Assembly (NCBI RefSeq): GCF_006345805.1
Contig: NC_043011.1
Coordinates: 24,998,464 to 25,062,463, forward strand
DNA from: Octopus sinensis
Taxonomy: Eukaryota
Length of the DNA: 64,000 nt
Direction: 5' to 3'
Position 1 is the stretch's first letter. Every line of letters begins with the position of its first letter. A model generated the notes under the pieces. That model worked only from the letters and a program-made list of their open reading frames with translations, had not been told where the DNA came from and did no database searches. Shown one piece after another: positions 39,705 through 52,690 of this stretch. Made by a program: the position numbers and the translations under genes.

Positions 39705-40016
39705 TACAAAAATATTAATGATCAAAGACAATACATGAGCTCAGAGAGATAGTTTGAGAAATGGAAAAGAAGATTAAAACAAAATGTGCAATATGGATAC
39801 TGTCCCTGAATTATAGCAACTAATCTGTTTCAGATTGAGTAACAATAACCAGTTTCATATTTACAATGATGCTGCAGTTATTCTAAAACCTCCAGTTAAC
39901 TTCATTATCAAATTTGACAACACTCATTTAGCTATTGTCCCTTGTTTGGGTTTTCCACAATAACCCCTCCTAGTAAATGGAAATACTTGAAATCTAAACA
40001 GGATAGATATATTACA

Positions 40017-40199
40017 TTAAGCAATGAATTCCATTTTTTCATAAACACATTATCCTTGTAAAAGAGAGTGTGTGTATGTACTTTCAGTCTCACTAGTTAG
40101 TTAGTTAACTTTTTGCTTTTTGAGCCAAAAAATTAACTAACTAACTAGTGAGACTTACAAGGATAATGTGTTTATGAAAAAATGGAATTCATTGCTTAA
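40017..40199. repeat. Long fold-back with a 25-nt one-sided insertion
   Basis: 40017-40060 pairs with 40156-40199. 40086-40117 pairs with 40123-40155. 40061-40085 is unpaired. Confidence 0.88.
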
Positions 40200-42028
40200 C
40201 CAACTATATGCTGCTATTCAAACAATATTTATCATCTAAAACTTTTTATTTATTTATTTATTCTTTAGTCAACTCAAAAGTTCTATTTTTTAGGGTAGGA
40301 AAATTATAAAGTATACACGAATAATTAACAAACACTAAATAAACAATAAAGCACTCTATTTCTGTAATAAAGATATGGGTCTGAAAGTTAGATTCATGGG
40401 GAAGTTATTCCACTGTATCATGCATTCTGAAGAATTTTCACGAGGGCAAAGTTGTGCAAAAACCTTCAACTAAGCCAACATGTCTTCTTTGACCCTTCTA
40501 TTTAAATGCACTTTGTACAGAGTCTGTTTTTGGAGGTGGTGGGGTTGTACAAAAACAGGAACCCATTGATGTAAACAGAGTTAACAGTTCTTTGAACTTC
40601 TAATAGCCTCTTCCTTACTTTAACCGGGTTCTCTGTAAGAACCAGTACCTTTTTGCATTCCCATCTCTTGCATTGAGAATACAATATGAAGTTCCAGCCA
40701 ACTCCTTTTCCACATACCAAGACTAGTTCCCAGCAACTTTTGTTCTCCCTTACCAACTTAGTACTTTGGTCTTTACTATGCCGGCCTTTAGTCACAAGAT
40801 TACGCTTCAAGTTTTGAAAGTTTCTGAAAGTTTTTAATAGATTCTGCTATGAGAACTAGAGCAACATATAAATCTCCAGGAGATCCAGTTCAGAGCTGTA
40901 TATAACCATAATGACTATCAGGAAGGAAAGGGGGATGAAGACAGAGTCCTAGTGAACACTTACCAGTAAAATAAATACATCATTGCCAAATCTAACTTAT
41001 TAACAGCACACTCATATATGGCTTACATGATTCTAACAAGCTATTCATTTACATATAATTTCCTTAATATCCACCAAACTAGAGAAAGGAGGACAGACAC
41101 TGTCTAAAGCTGAGTCAGTAAATCCCAAGAGGAGTGATTTGTTTTTAATAAAGAAATTCTCTTGCAGCTGTTTCACTATGGGTTAATATGCTAGTACAAA
41201 ACCAAAGCACATCATATCAAACTAACCATATTCTGAACTAGCTTTGTTAAAACTCAATTACTTTCAAACCTCTGGAATTTTCACCTCTCCAATGCCTTTG
41301 TAACAACTGATGATAAGACTGCTACACAGGCAATGGGATTGACATCATTTTTATCAATCCTTTAGCATTTAAACTGACCATGTCTGGCACAAATTTTCAA
41401 CCTGTTCTATGCTCAAAGTGGCCAGATCCAGCTTCTCTCACCTACTCTAAAATGTCATTTTAAAAATAAATAATCACATCATCAAAATCTCAAAGCTACA
41501 AGATGATGCATGATTAATTCAAGATAATGTAAATAAACAAGTATCTGAATGCCAAAAGGTTAATTTACCTAGTTAACTAACCAAGTAACAAAATATGACT
41601 TCCATAGCTTGATGCCTCCGACAACCCAGCAACTATCCTTAGTGAACTAGCAGCTTTCTCTGACATCATCTTAATATACTTTCTAATTATGCTGAAAACT
41701 ACCTCAATAACTGGCCCTTCTATTGGTTCCATTTCAAATTGTTCTTCACAACTTGTATTTATCATTCAACAACCTGTCATTAAAGCACTTCCATACACTT
41801 GTACATTTACTGTCCATTAACACTGATTTATAAAAAAAACAAAAATCCTACAACGCCTAGTTATTCAAACACTTCATCTCTTCCATCCTCAAGATAGAAC
41901 ATTGGTTAACATCTTAGTTTCACTTTCTATCTTAACCAACTTCATGATATCACTCCTTGTCCTACCCAATTTTTATTTCATGCCTTTTAAGTAGGTCTCT
42001 TAGCAAACAAATAAAGTGTTTTCTACAG

Positions 42029-42314
42029 CAGTGCTACTCAAAGTGATGGTCCATGGACCGGTAATGGTCCACAGGCCATCAGCTGCAAGTGTGTGGCGAG
42101 TTTCCAGAAAAGAAAGAAACATTATAAAATGTTTATGTAATATTGTATTACTTGTTCACAAAATAAATATGATTAAAAGAAGATTGTCAACTTTTATTAT
42201 ATTCATTATATATTTCTGGTATAAATTAATATTACTAAGAAATAGTACTGGTCCCTGGCACATTGGGAAAAAAAAACTGCCTGTACGCCATACCAGATAG
42301 TTTGAGAAGCATTG
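42029..42314. mobile_element. hAT (Charlie/MER5-like) MITE (286 bp)
   Basis: CAGTGCTACTCAAAGT ... AGTTTGAGAAGCATTG. 8-bp TSD ttctacag / atctacaa (6/8, NTCTAGAN-like). Confidence 0.82.
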
Positions 42315-43484
42315 ATCTACAATGGATTGGTGGAATTGTAAGAATGCCAGATTAAATACTGCTGAAAATATCCAAAGTGCCACAGGACATTTTGGGTACT
42401 TTCAGCAGAGTCTAGTCTGATGCAGGTATTCTGATCAGGTCTAAGATTTGAGAATTTCTTTCACTCCCCAACTCACTAATTCCAGAGGCCTTTAAAAAAA
42501 ACTCATTCAAAAAAAAAAAAATTTTAATAATAATGATGATAATGATTTTGGCACAAGAATAAATAAGCATTACATTTGATTAGAGTAAACTGAAGGCCAA
42601 AGAGTTAAGTCAATAGAATCATTTCTTCAAAAGAATTCCAACTGTGACCACCTAGTTGAGGACCAAATTAATCAATATGAGGGAGAGACATAGTTTTAGT
42701 TTTAATTCCACTTGTGCAAGAAACACAGAATTGTGATCTAAACTAATTTGTAATTTACCAATGAGCTACAAATACAAAGGAGGTAATATGAATTACATAT
42801 TTAAAAAATCATTTCAACTGAATGAATAAATATACAATGCCAGCAATTTCAACATCTTTAGAGCATTGGATGAGATTCCTATGATAACAGGTTTCATGAT
42901 TTCAAAACAAGTTTCATAATTTCATATTTAAAATGTTACTTGTCAAGATATTAAGCAGTATACATGTATCAGCAAGTTGCCGTCGTTCAACAAGGTACAA
43001 AGACCAAGAAAAGACAAACAATCATAAGCCAAGAAATATTGTAACCACTTAAAGTTATCACTTAGATAAGTTAAAAGTACAGTACAGGATATTACAGGCA
43101 GGATTATACAAAAACAAGATTATTGAACAATCCTTGTTTTTGTTTAACCACAAGTCAGTACTGACTGAACAGATCTATGATCAGAAGCATTCCACCCAAG
43201 ACCATCTCAGCCTACTCTGAAGCACTGCATATATCTAGGATGACATTTATTAATGTGTCCTTTCTCTTACAAGACAATAAATCAATAAATATTCCTTTAT
43301 TCTTTTACTTGTTTCGATCACTGGCCTGCAGATGTGCCGGGGCACCACATTGAAGGGTTTATTTTGTCAATCAAATTGATTCCACAACTTATTTTAAGTT
43401 TGCTACAAATTACAGGGATGTAAACAAACCAACACCATTAGGTAATTAGTGAGAGAGAAATACAATGTGCATATCCACAAATAC

Positions 43485-43520
<36 letters not shown>

Positions 43521-45824
43521 GGTTTCTGTACAGTTTCCTTCATCCAAATTCACTAACAAAGCAGGGAAATTAATTTACTGAAAACAAGTTAAAAAAAACA
43601 CAGATCATTGAATCACACGCTAAACAATTCCTTCTCAACAGACACGTAGGCATTGCTGTTTCCCCATCTTTGGAATGACAGCTATTATTTCTAGGAAGTC
43701 GAGAGTCCACATAAAGACTTCATTATTGGTTCATTAAACGGTTATTGATATTTTAATGGTGTAGGAAGCTCTCAAACACATGTTCCATGGTGGCCAGTTA
43801 GTGTAAAAAAAAATGGCTCTCCATTGGTTATAAAGAGTTTTCCAGTTGATCCAATCAATGGAACAGCCTACTTACGAAATTAACGTGCAAGTGGCTGAAT
43901 GCTCCACAGACACGTGTGCCTTTAACATTGTCCTCGGGGAGACTTAGCATGACAAAAAAGATTATAGGACTGACTCTTTGAATTACAGGTACTACTCATT
44001 TTTGCCAGCTGAGTGGACTTGAGCAATGTGAAATAAAGTGTCTTGATCAAGGACGCAATGCGTTACCAGGAATTGAACTCACAACCATACGATTGTGAAT
44101 CAAATACCCTAACCACTAAGCCATGGTCAGTTAGTGTAAGGGAAATAATCACTTCTACATAATATTTGGCAGGATTTGAAGTTTTATATTTAAAGTCAAG
44201 GAACTAGCAAGATGCACAGAATACACATATTTATTTATTTATTATTTTTTACTTTGTTTACATATTACAAAGATCTAATAATTCCTAGTCTTAAGTATTC
44301 ATATATAGCGCCATTTTGTTATTATTAGAAGAAACCACTGAATAATATCAAAAATATAACGATTACTATTTATCTTTACAATCGACATGCACACGGTACT
44401 GTCTCAAATTTCTTAGTTCAGTTATTAAGCTGGTGCAGTTTTTGGTTTAAAAAAATAAAAATAATAATTAAAAAAATTGATAAAAAAAACATTATTCACA
44501 TGCTGTTGTAATTTGATTAGATTTGAAAAGGGTTGGTAAGAGCATTTTACTGAAATCTATATTAATAAATGCTGACTAAAAAGAACATTGCTACTTTAAC
44601 CTTTCATACCATTTACTTACATAGATAAGACAGATAAACAATCATATTGAGAAAACAGATTTTTAGAGTTGATATTTTCCTTTCAAATTCCTATAAATTT
44701 TATTTACTGTTAATGGAGAAAATTGCAGTAACCGTATTAGCCCTTTGGGTATCAAACTATCTGAGACAGACCCTAGTTCTTTGGTACAAACTTCCTATTT
44801 TAAAATGTTGTAAATTAAAACTTCCAGTCAAAATTTATGTTAGTTTATGATTCAAACCCCATTTTAATAGTGATAAAGATATTTTACCAAATTTACCAAA
44901 CTCTATTTTTTTTTCAATATTAATTGAAACAAAGTGACAAGTTGGCAGAATTGTTAGCATGCCAAGCAAAATGCTTAGTGGTATTTTGTCTGTCTTTACG
45001 TTCCACTGAGGTCAGCTTTGCCTTTCAACCTTTTGGGGTCAATAAAATAAGTACCAATTGAGTACTGGGGTCGATATAACCAACTTACCCTGTCTCCAAA
45101 ATTGCTGCCAATTATGCCAAAATTTGAAACCAATATTAATTGAAACAGCGATGGTGCATTTCAACAGTAGATTTATACCAACCCACCTTAGAGGCTGTGT
45201 GGTTAAGAGGTTTACTTTGCAAACACAGGCTTTTGGGTTCAGCCCCACTGCATGACACCGTGGGTAAGCGTCTTCTACTATATCTCCCAAGCCAAATAAT
45301 GCCTTGAGAGTAAATCTGGGAAACAGAAACTATTTGCAAACCTATCGTGTTTGTGTGTGTGTATCTGATAGTGTTTGTCTCATCATCACCACATAACTTA
45401 GCAGTTCAGCAAAAGTATCTGACAGAATAAGTACCAGACATATAAAATAAGTACTGGGGGAGTTTGTTTGACTAAATAAACCCTTTAAAGGCTATAGTGG
45501 AAAACACTCGCCCAAGGTGCAACACAGTGGGACTGAACCTGAAACCATGTGGTTAGAAAGCAAACTGTTTGTCACACAGTTATATCTGTGCTTAAGAAGA
45601 AATAGAGAAACATCAAAATTATTTCACAAAATCTGCATAAATTCTTAATTAATCCCAAAACTAATTGAAACAGACTGGCATTCTATTTCGTATGAAATAT
45701 GGTCGCAAAGAGTTAAGCAGTGTTTCAAAATATTGAGGATATTGGTTAAGTTATTTAGTTTAGCTGGTTAGATAGTAGCAGAAATATCAGTGATAATGTA
45801 CTAAGTTAGTTGGTGCCATTAATA

Positions 45825-46210
45825 AATTCATCATTGTGACTTGGACACCAGGTAACCAGCTCCCAAAGATGAACCTCTTCTGTGAGATTGAGATTGGAAG
45901 TAGGTCTCATGGATGTCCAAAACTTTGTTTTTATGATTATCTGAAGCAGTTTTTCATTTTATGTGGTATCCCTCCCAACTGCTTGGTGTCCATGGCTGTT
46001 AATTGGAAGGCATGGAAGTCCATGTGAGATGCTGGAGTAGAGCACTTTGAAACCAAAGAGAGGAGGAGACAGCATCAATCCCATGAGGTTGTTGTTCGGG
46101 ATCACTTCCAGTACCCTCAGTGCCACAGAATCTGCCTATCTCATATCAGTTTTGTTAGCCATGTCTGCTCCCATGAGAAACAGAGGAGGATGAATGTCTC
46201 GGATCGATGC
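45825..46210 (+). pseudogene. RTE (BovB-like) LINE C-terminal relic
   Basis: LPKMNLFCEI..GSRSHGCPKLCFYDYLK...W..M..GVEHFE followed by a C2H2-like QCHRICLSHISFVSHVCSH. Confidence 0.65.
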
Positions 46211-47293
46211 TGCCATCACCTTTGATGGGCTGTAATAAGTTAAAGTCAGGGACAATAAAGAAAATCAGTCCCTCAAGAAAGCCTTTCTCCTGTAGAAAAT
46301 GGAGTATCAAGCAGTCGTTACACCTACACATGAAGAGCCTAATTAAAGAGAATATTGGCTCTGTCAAGGTGTTCTGGTGTTTTTTAACAAGGTTAACCCT
46401 ACTGCTGCAGTTGATCATTTCCAACTGAGTGGAGCGAACCAATGTGAAATAAAGAGCCTTGCTCAATAACACAATGCAGTACTTGGTCAGGAACTGAACC
46501 CACAACCTTAGAATTGTGAGTCTAACCTAACCACTAGGCTATGCATCTTCACTTTAATAGATTAGGTTTTGATGCTGATGCTACTACTTTTCCTGGGGTC
46601 ATATATTTAGCATTGTAATAAACAGAAAAGATCTTTCTGTGTAAAGAATAAATAAGACGCAGTAACTTTCAAGGCTCTGAATAAAGTATGGGACCTGACA
46701 GATCAACTGAAATAAAAATACTATACTATTAGTGAATATGTACACGAGTTTGTAGTAGAAGGAAGAAATTGAGGAACATCAAAACTGAGTTGGTGGAATA
46801 AAGTCGCTGTTGTCATTGTCATTTTTGTTTGATTTTTCCATGCTAGAATGAAACTTGTAAAACCATTCAATGGCTGAAGGTTGAATGCTCTTCCTGTCAC
46901 CTACCCTTGCATGTTTCCAAATAAAGTACTTGTTTCTCTGTTCTTTCACATGACAAACCACAGACAAACACATATAAACAATGTGAAGGCATGAATGGCA
47001 TGACAAAAGCACATATACATACATTAACACAAATATATATATATATATATATATCTTTGAAACGCGGAGTAGACAAAACAGGGACAACTGAAGAAGGGGA
47101 ATATTCCTTGTGTTGTATGTCTTGCACTCTGTTTTTTTCATTGTTTGAAAAGAAGATCCTTTCCATGTTTTTGCTTCTCATTGTGTTCAACATTTTTTTT
47201 TATGTCCTGTATGCATGTATATATACATGTATATATACATATAGATGTAGGTATGTACATATATGTATGTATATATTTATATATTATTTATAT

Positions 47294-47339
<46 letters not shown>

Positions 47340-49017
47340 TATAAAGTTATAAATGATGAGAGAAATAGTATGATGAAAATTTATTTGGCTGTAAGAAAAT
47401 TCTAATATCATGACAAATTGTTTCACAATTTCTATTATATTTAATAATAGATAAATTACTTATATATTTGCATTAATGCAAAAGACATTTTAAAACAATG
47501 CAGAAATTAAGATACATCCTCAGGTGAAAGAAAATCTTTGTTAAAAATATCTAAATGCAGACATGTAAGTAATTTATTTACTATTAGATATAATAATATA
47601 AATTATCTTTACATGCTTTAAGTTATGAAACAATTTGTCATGATACTTGAATTTTCTTATAGTTAAATAAATTTTCATCATACTATTTCTCTTGTCATTT
47701 ATAATTTTATACACTCCTTATTGTTTTCTCAGGTATCTTACTATATATTATATATTTTAGGAGTACTACTGGATTACTTAAATCCATATATTGTGATTTA
47801 AATTTACACACACACAACAGGCTTCTTTCAATTTCCATCAACCAAATCCAATAACATGGCTTTGGTCAACCAGGGTCTATATGGTTGAAAAATGACTTTT
47901 TGACCACACAGCCTTGCTTGCAGGTGTGTGTGTGTGTGTGTGTGGCTAATGCATTTTATGAAACATACAGCAACAAAAGGTTCTTAAAAATAGGTCTTTG
48001 TATATATTAGTTGTATCAATTATTCTTTTTACATCATATTTATTTCACCACCACTCCCTTTGGACGGAGGTTATTTTTCATACTAGAATACCTTTCCCAA
48101 TATTAATATTCCTTACTATGAGCTAAAACTAATACTTATCATCTGGCCAGAAATTAGATTGAAGTCAAAAATTGAAGTCAAATTCCATATCTTGCCAAGT
48201 ACATAACTTTTGACCTAACCATATCTTAACCACTTAGCTGCTAATATGTCTAACGTGTATTAGAATTGACAGAAATTTCAACAAAAACAAAATAAATAAA
48301 TAAACAAACAAACAGCCAAAATGTCTGAAAGCTTCGCTTATCTAGATAAGTGAAATCATAATATATTTAAGATAATCAAGTAAAATGGAAGTATTAAGTA
48401 TTTTGTTCCTGGTGAAATAAGAGAGACAGACAGACAAACAGGGAGAGAGAGAGAGACAGAGATGTTGAAAAAAAAAAAGAGAATAGAACTTTGGATTCAT
48501 CTCAAAGATTAGCAATTACTCAAGTATAAGAATTGGAACCAAAAATCAAGTTGGAATTAATCAGACAAAAGATAACAATTTTTAAAAATCTTAGCAGTTC
48601 AAGGTACAGGACACACATTTTTTTAATAATTCAGAGATTATAGATAACATATCTTTGTCCTGTACATCTAGAGGAACAAAGGGAAAAGAAAAGAATGAGC
48701 AAGTGTTGGTTGCAGCCAGTTTAACTAATAGAAGAATTCTGAATAATGTAATGGTTATTGTTGTTGTTGTTGCTATCTTAGTTTCTCTTGGTTGCAAAAG
48801 CCTGTGTTCTAAGACATTCTAATTTATGAGAATCCTGTCTTTTAAAAAATGTCTATATTACCAAATGAGTCATCCATTGTTTTAAAAATGGTGAATTATT
48901 TGGTTGATATTTCTATTAAGTCAAGCTCTCTTCTAAATAGTATGATTTCTTCTGACAGGGGAAAAAATGTTTTGCTTTGTTTTTTTTCTCAAACCTCACA
49001 CCTATGCAACTAACATA

Positions 49018-49231
49018 TGAGGGGGTGCTGAAATGTTCATGACTTTAAGGGTATTGTGAAAGGCCTGGTTAGAGGCCCAGCCAGCTGAGTTCTACTGTAC
49101 TTAGAAAAACTGAAGGACTGCTGCAATAAGTGTGTGAATCTGAGAGGGGAATATATTGGATAAAACCATAATTAACTGATCCTCCCGTATTTTCTTTTAC
49201 CCAAAGCTAGGAACTTTTCAGCACCCCTTCG
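49018..49231 (+). mobile_element. Mariner MITE (214 bp)
   Basis: TA | TGAGGGGGTGCTGAAATGTTC ... GAACTTTTCAGCACCCCTTCG | TA. Retains the transposase end NKCVNLRGEYIG*. Confidence 0.85.
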
Positions 49232-49489
49232 TACATACCTATACATCAATTAACATAAAATACATATCTATACCTAGAAATATGTTTTTCCAGTAGAATT
49301 CAGGTAAGAAAAAAGAAATAATAATAGTAAACCTTGAAGAGATGGGGAGTAATTTGAGACAGGATTTTAGGGCCAGCTAGTTCTTTCTGTTGCCAACAAT
49401 TCACAGTTTTTAAAGTAAGGAGTTTTATGCCATAGAGCTTCAGAAATGCAGAATATACACATTCGTATACATATATTTATACACATAAA

Positions 49490-49526
<37 letters not shown>

Positions 49527-50017
49527 CTACATAGAAAAACTGATGTATAAAATATCAATCATAATTAAGAACTCAATTAACAAGTCATTAAATTCCAACA
49601 CATTACTTCATTGCAGAAAATCCAAGTAGGACAGACTTGCACGTATATCCATAATTAATTAAAATAATCTTTAAAAGCAGAAAAACATATATGTCACATG
49701 TAGTTCATCCCCAACAGCTGTTTCATTAAGATATACATCAATAAATGTATAACTACATAACTGTGATACATAATTAATTAATTGCGTATCACAATTATGT
49801 GATTATATCTTTAATGTTATTTATTATTAACGTAATAGCTGTTGAGACCAATTAAAATACAAACTGTATCCAAACTCTATGCTGCTCTGTCTATATTCTG
49901 AAATAAATACATATGTATGTATCCAGTATATACACTAGAGATAGTATTTAATTAAAAGTCATCTTTGTATGTGGCAGATGTGCAGGAACAATAAGCACTA
50001 AGAGCACAGAGGACTTA

Positions 50018-50640
50018 GATTCTCTCAAATGCCCATGAGGCTCTTTGGAGGTTGTAGATTGCTTCGGTTACCTAGGTGACCAAATTAGTAATGGTGGGGG
50101 ATGCTCTGAAAGTATTGATTCTAGAATAAGAATTGGGTGGAGGAAGTTCAGAGAGCTATTACCTCTGTTGGCAACAAAAGGACTCTCTCTCAGAGTGAAA
50201 GTAGATTATATGATGCTTGTGTGCAAACCGCTATATTTCATGGTAGTGAGACATGGGATCTGAATGCAGAGGACATGCATAGACTGGAGAGAAATGAAGG
50301 TAGTATGCTCTGTTGGATGTGCAACATCAGTGCAAATGTATTGAGAAAAATGTTGGGCATAAGAGGAATCAAATGCAGCATGCAAAAGAGAAGACTACAT
50401 TGGTTTGAACATGTGATGTGTTTGAATGAGGACAGCCACATAAAGAAGTGCTGATCACTGAAAGTGGATGTACCCACGAAGGACGGAGACCTAGCAAGAT
50501 GTGGGATGAAGTGGTAAGGACCGAGCTCAGGATGTTGGGCTTCACAGAGGAAATGACAATGGACTGAGATGTCTGGCGATATGAAGTTCTTGAGAAGACC
50601 CACCCACATCAGCAAAACTGAGTTCTAGAAGCACTGTGTG
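50018..50640 (+). pseudogene. RTE-clade LINE 3' RT/C-terminal fragment
   Basis: LEVVDCFGYLGD...RIRIGWRKFRELLPLL...RLYDACV...GSETW...RRLHWFEHV...GRPSKMW. Frameshifted. Confidence 0.88.
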
Positions 50641-50734
50641 TCCCACCCACACTCAACAAGAAAACTTTTCACACACTCTATCACAATAAGCCAAACTACA
50701 ATAATCAGACTTCTGTGCTTGTTTTGGCACGGTT

Positions 50735-50745
50735 TATATATATAT

Positions 50746-50797
<52 letters not shown>

Positions 50798-50798
50798 G

Positions 50799-50834
<36 letters not shown>

Positions 50835-50836
50835 TA
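50735..50836. repeat. (TA)n microsatellite. Others: 2620-2649, 11021-11048, 32402-32451, 33161-33192; (TG)n 55211-55306, 56037-56068; (ACC)n 17149-17183; (TAAA)n 12541-12570
   Basis: Seen directly in the sequence. Confidence 0.95.
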
Positions 50837-50838
50837 CA

Positions 50839-51661
50839 CAGGGTGCAGTGAATAAACTGTTGTCCAAATTATGCAAAAATGAAAATAACACTGACATCTC
50901 ATTTTAACAGATATATTTACCAAAATTATATAAAAATATCTTGAAATACTAAAGAATAAATTTATTCAATAAAATCACCATTAGCTTCAACCACGACCTC
51001 CAGACGGCTTTGGAATCTCCAGCAATTCTTCTGAACGGTCTCCTTGTTTAAGCTGGTGAATGCTGCCATAATCTTTGGTGTTACAAGGAGTTTTGTTGGT
51101 CTCTCACTCCACTGCACCCCACAGGTAATAATCAAGGGGGGTTACAGTCTGGAGAGTTAGGTGTTAGGGTGATGTGGTTGCAGAAATTGTCTGAAAGCCA
51201 TAACTGGGTTCTCTTGCTTGTGTGGCATGGTGCAGAGACCTGTTGCTAGACATAGGGTCTTCCAGTAGCCACCCTCTTGACCCAAGGTAGCACCACCTCT
51301 ACCAGGCACTTGATGTAGGCTTCCGTGTTGAGCCTGAGATCGTCTGGTAAGATGAATGGAGGCATAACATTGCCATCACTAGCGATCACTCCAAACACCA
51401 TGAAGTTGAGTGGATGTTTGATTTTTATCACTCTCAGTACATGTCCTCAGACTGTCACCCAAACACTCTGAAATGTTCATATTGGAGCTTCCAGCATGAA
51501 TGCCAAGCAGTACCGCATGTTGTTTCCAAATTTCTGATAGAGTGAATTGCATCATAGAGCTGTTTTTCTCTATACTATATAGTCAACAAAATCAGAAACA
51601 AACGATGCACATGCAGGAAATTAAACATATAAATTGGCAACAATTTACCCATTGCACCCTG
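50839..51661 (-). mobile_element. Internally deleted maT (DD37D-like) Tc1/mariner element
   Basis: TIRs CAGGGTGCA(G/A)TG within TA tracts. Minus strand reads FMVFGVIASDGNVMPP...VLPWV...RPYV*QQVSAPCH...SPDCNPLDYY...VVEANGDFIE*, stop at 50962-64. Confidence 0.85.
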
Positions 51662-51716
51662 TATATATATATATATATATGTGAGACCAAAGTGTACGTA
51701 CGCCGCTATATATATA

Positions 51717-51754
<38 letters not shown>

Positions 51755-52010
51755 CAAAATGGGACAAGAACGCAAAACACCCGGACAGTTAGGTGATACA
51801 AAAATGAGACAACAAAACATCCAGATAAACGCTACAAAGAAAACAAGGACAAGTTTTCTTTCCTCAGTCGAGTACCAGATTATCTTTGCAATTTCAGCTG
51901 ACTATACTCGATTATATATATATATATATATATGATGATGATGATGATGATGATGATGATATATATATACTACAAAATACCATACAAAAAAGACAATGAA
52001 CCTCATTTAA

Positions 52011-52690
52011 TGTCAAAGATGCAACCAAGTGAACAGCAGTTGCCCAAAAATGTTATCAAGTTATTACTTTCCAATGCAACATGATGTTGTTGCTAAAATA
52101 ATATATAATGCCATAAAAAAATAAATATAGGGATAAATATAGAGAATTCCCTTAATATTGAATACATAAATATCAACACAAAGAATACTGGTGGGACATT
52201 CCTATCAAAACTTCTACCAAATGCAAACATCAGAGGCCAAGATATCACTATTTCAGATAGACAGGGAAAAATATGTAATCATAGAAGTCAGCTGTCCCAT
52301 TGATGTAAATATCTTTTTGAAAATTAAAGAGAAAGAGGATAACTGTGGACAACTACTTTGAAACCCGTAGCTCCCACACCTAGATTATGAAATCATATTT
52401 TCCCAATAATAATTGATGCATTTGGTTTCATGAGTAAATGTCTAAGTGACAATCTGAAATGGTTATGGTTTTCAGAAAATGAAATCAACCAGTTAACACA
52501 CATGCACATTACAATTGCAATCTGTAAGCAGAACAGTAAAAATATGCAAAGCTTTTCTCAAGTTCAAAATTTTTTTTTTTTAGTTATCTACATTCTAATG
52601 TTGAAGCTTTGTATCTTTGTTAGAAACCAGCTCCTTCCTTACAGGAAGGCTCCAAATAATTAAAAACGGAATAGAACATTCGGAGAAAAA
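52011..52690 (+). pseudogene. 3' end of restriction-like endonuclease (REL) non-LTR retrotransposon, R4/Dong/Rex6-like
   Basis: CQRC..SSCP (partly deleted CCHC), YYFPMQHDVVAKIIY, YWWDIPIKT...RP/DITI.D...IIEVSCPID...KEKE, PII, TVKICKAFLKF. Several stops and frameshifts. Confidence 0.78.
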
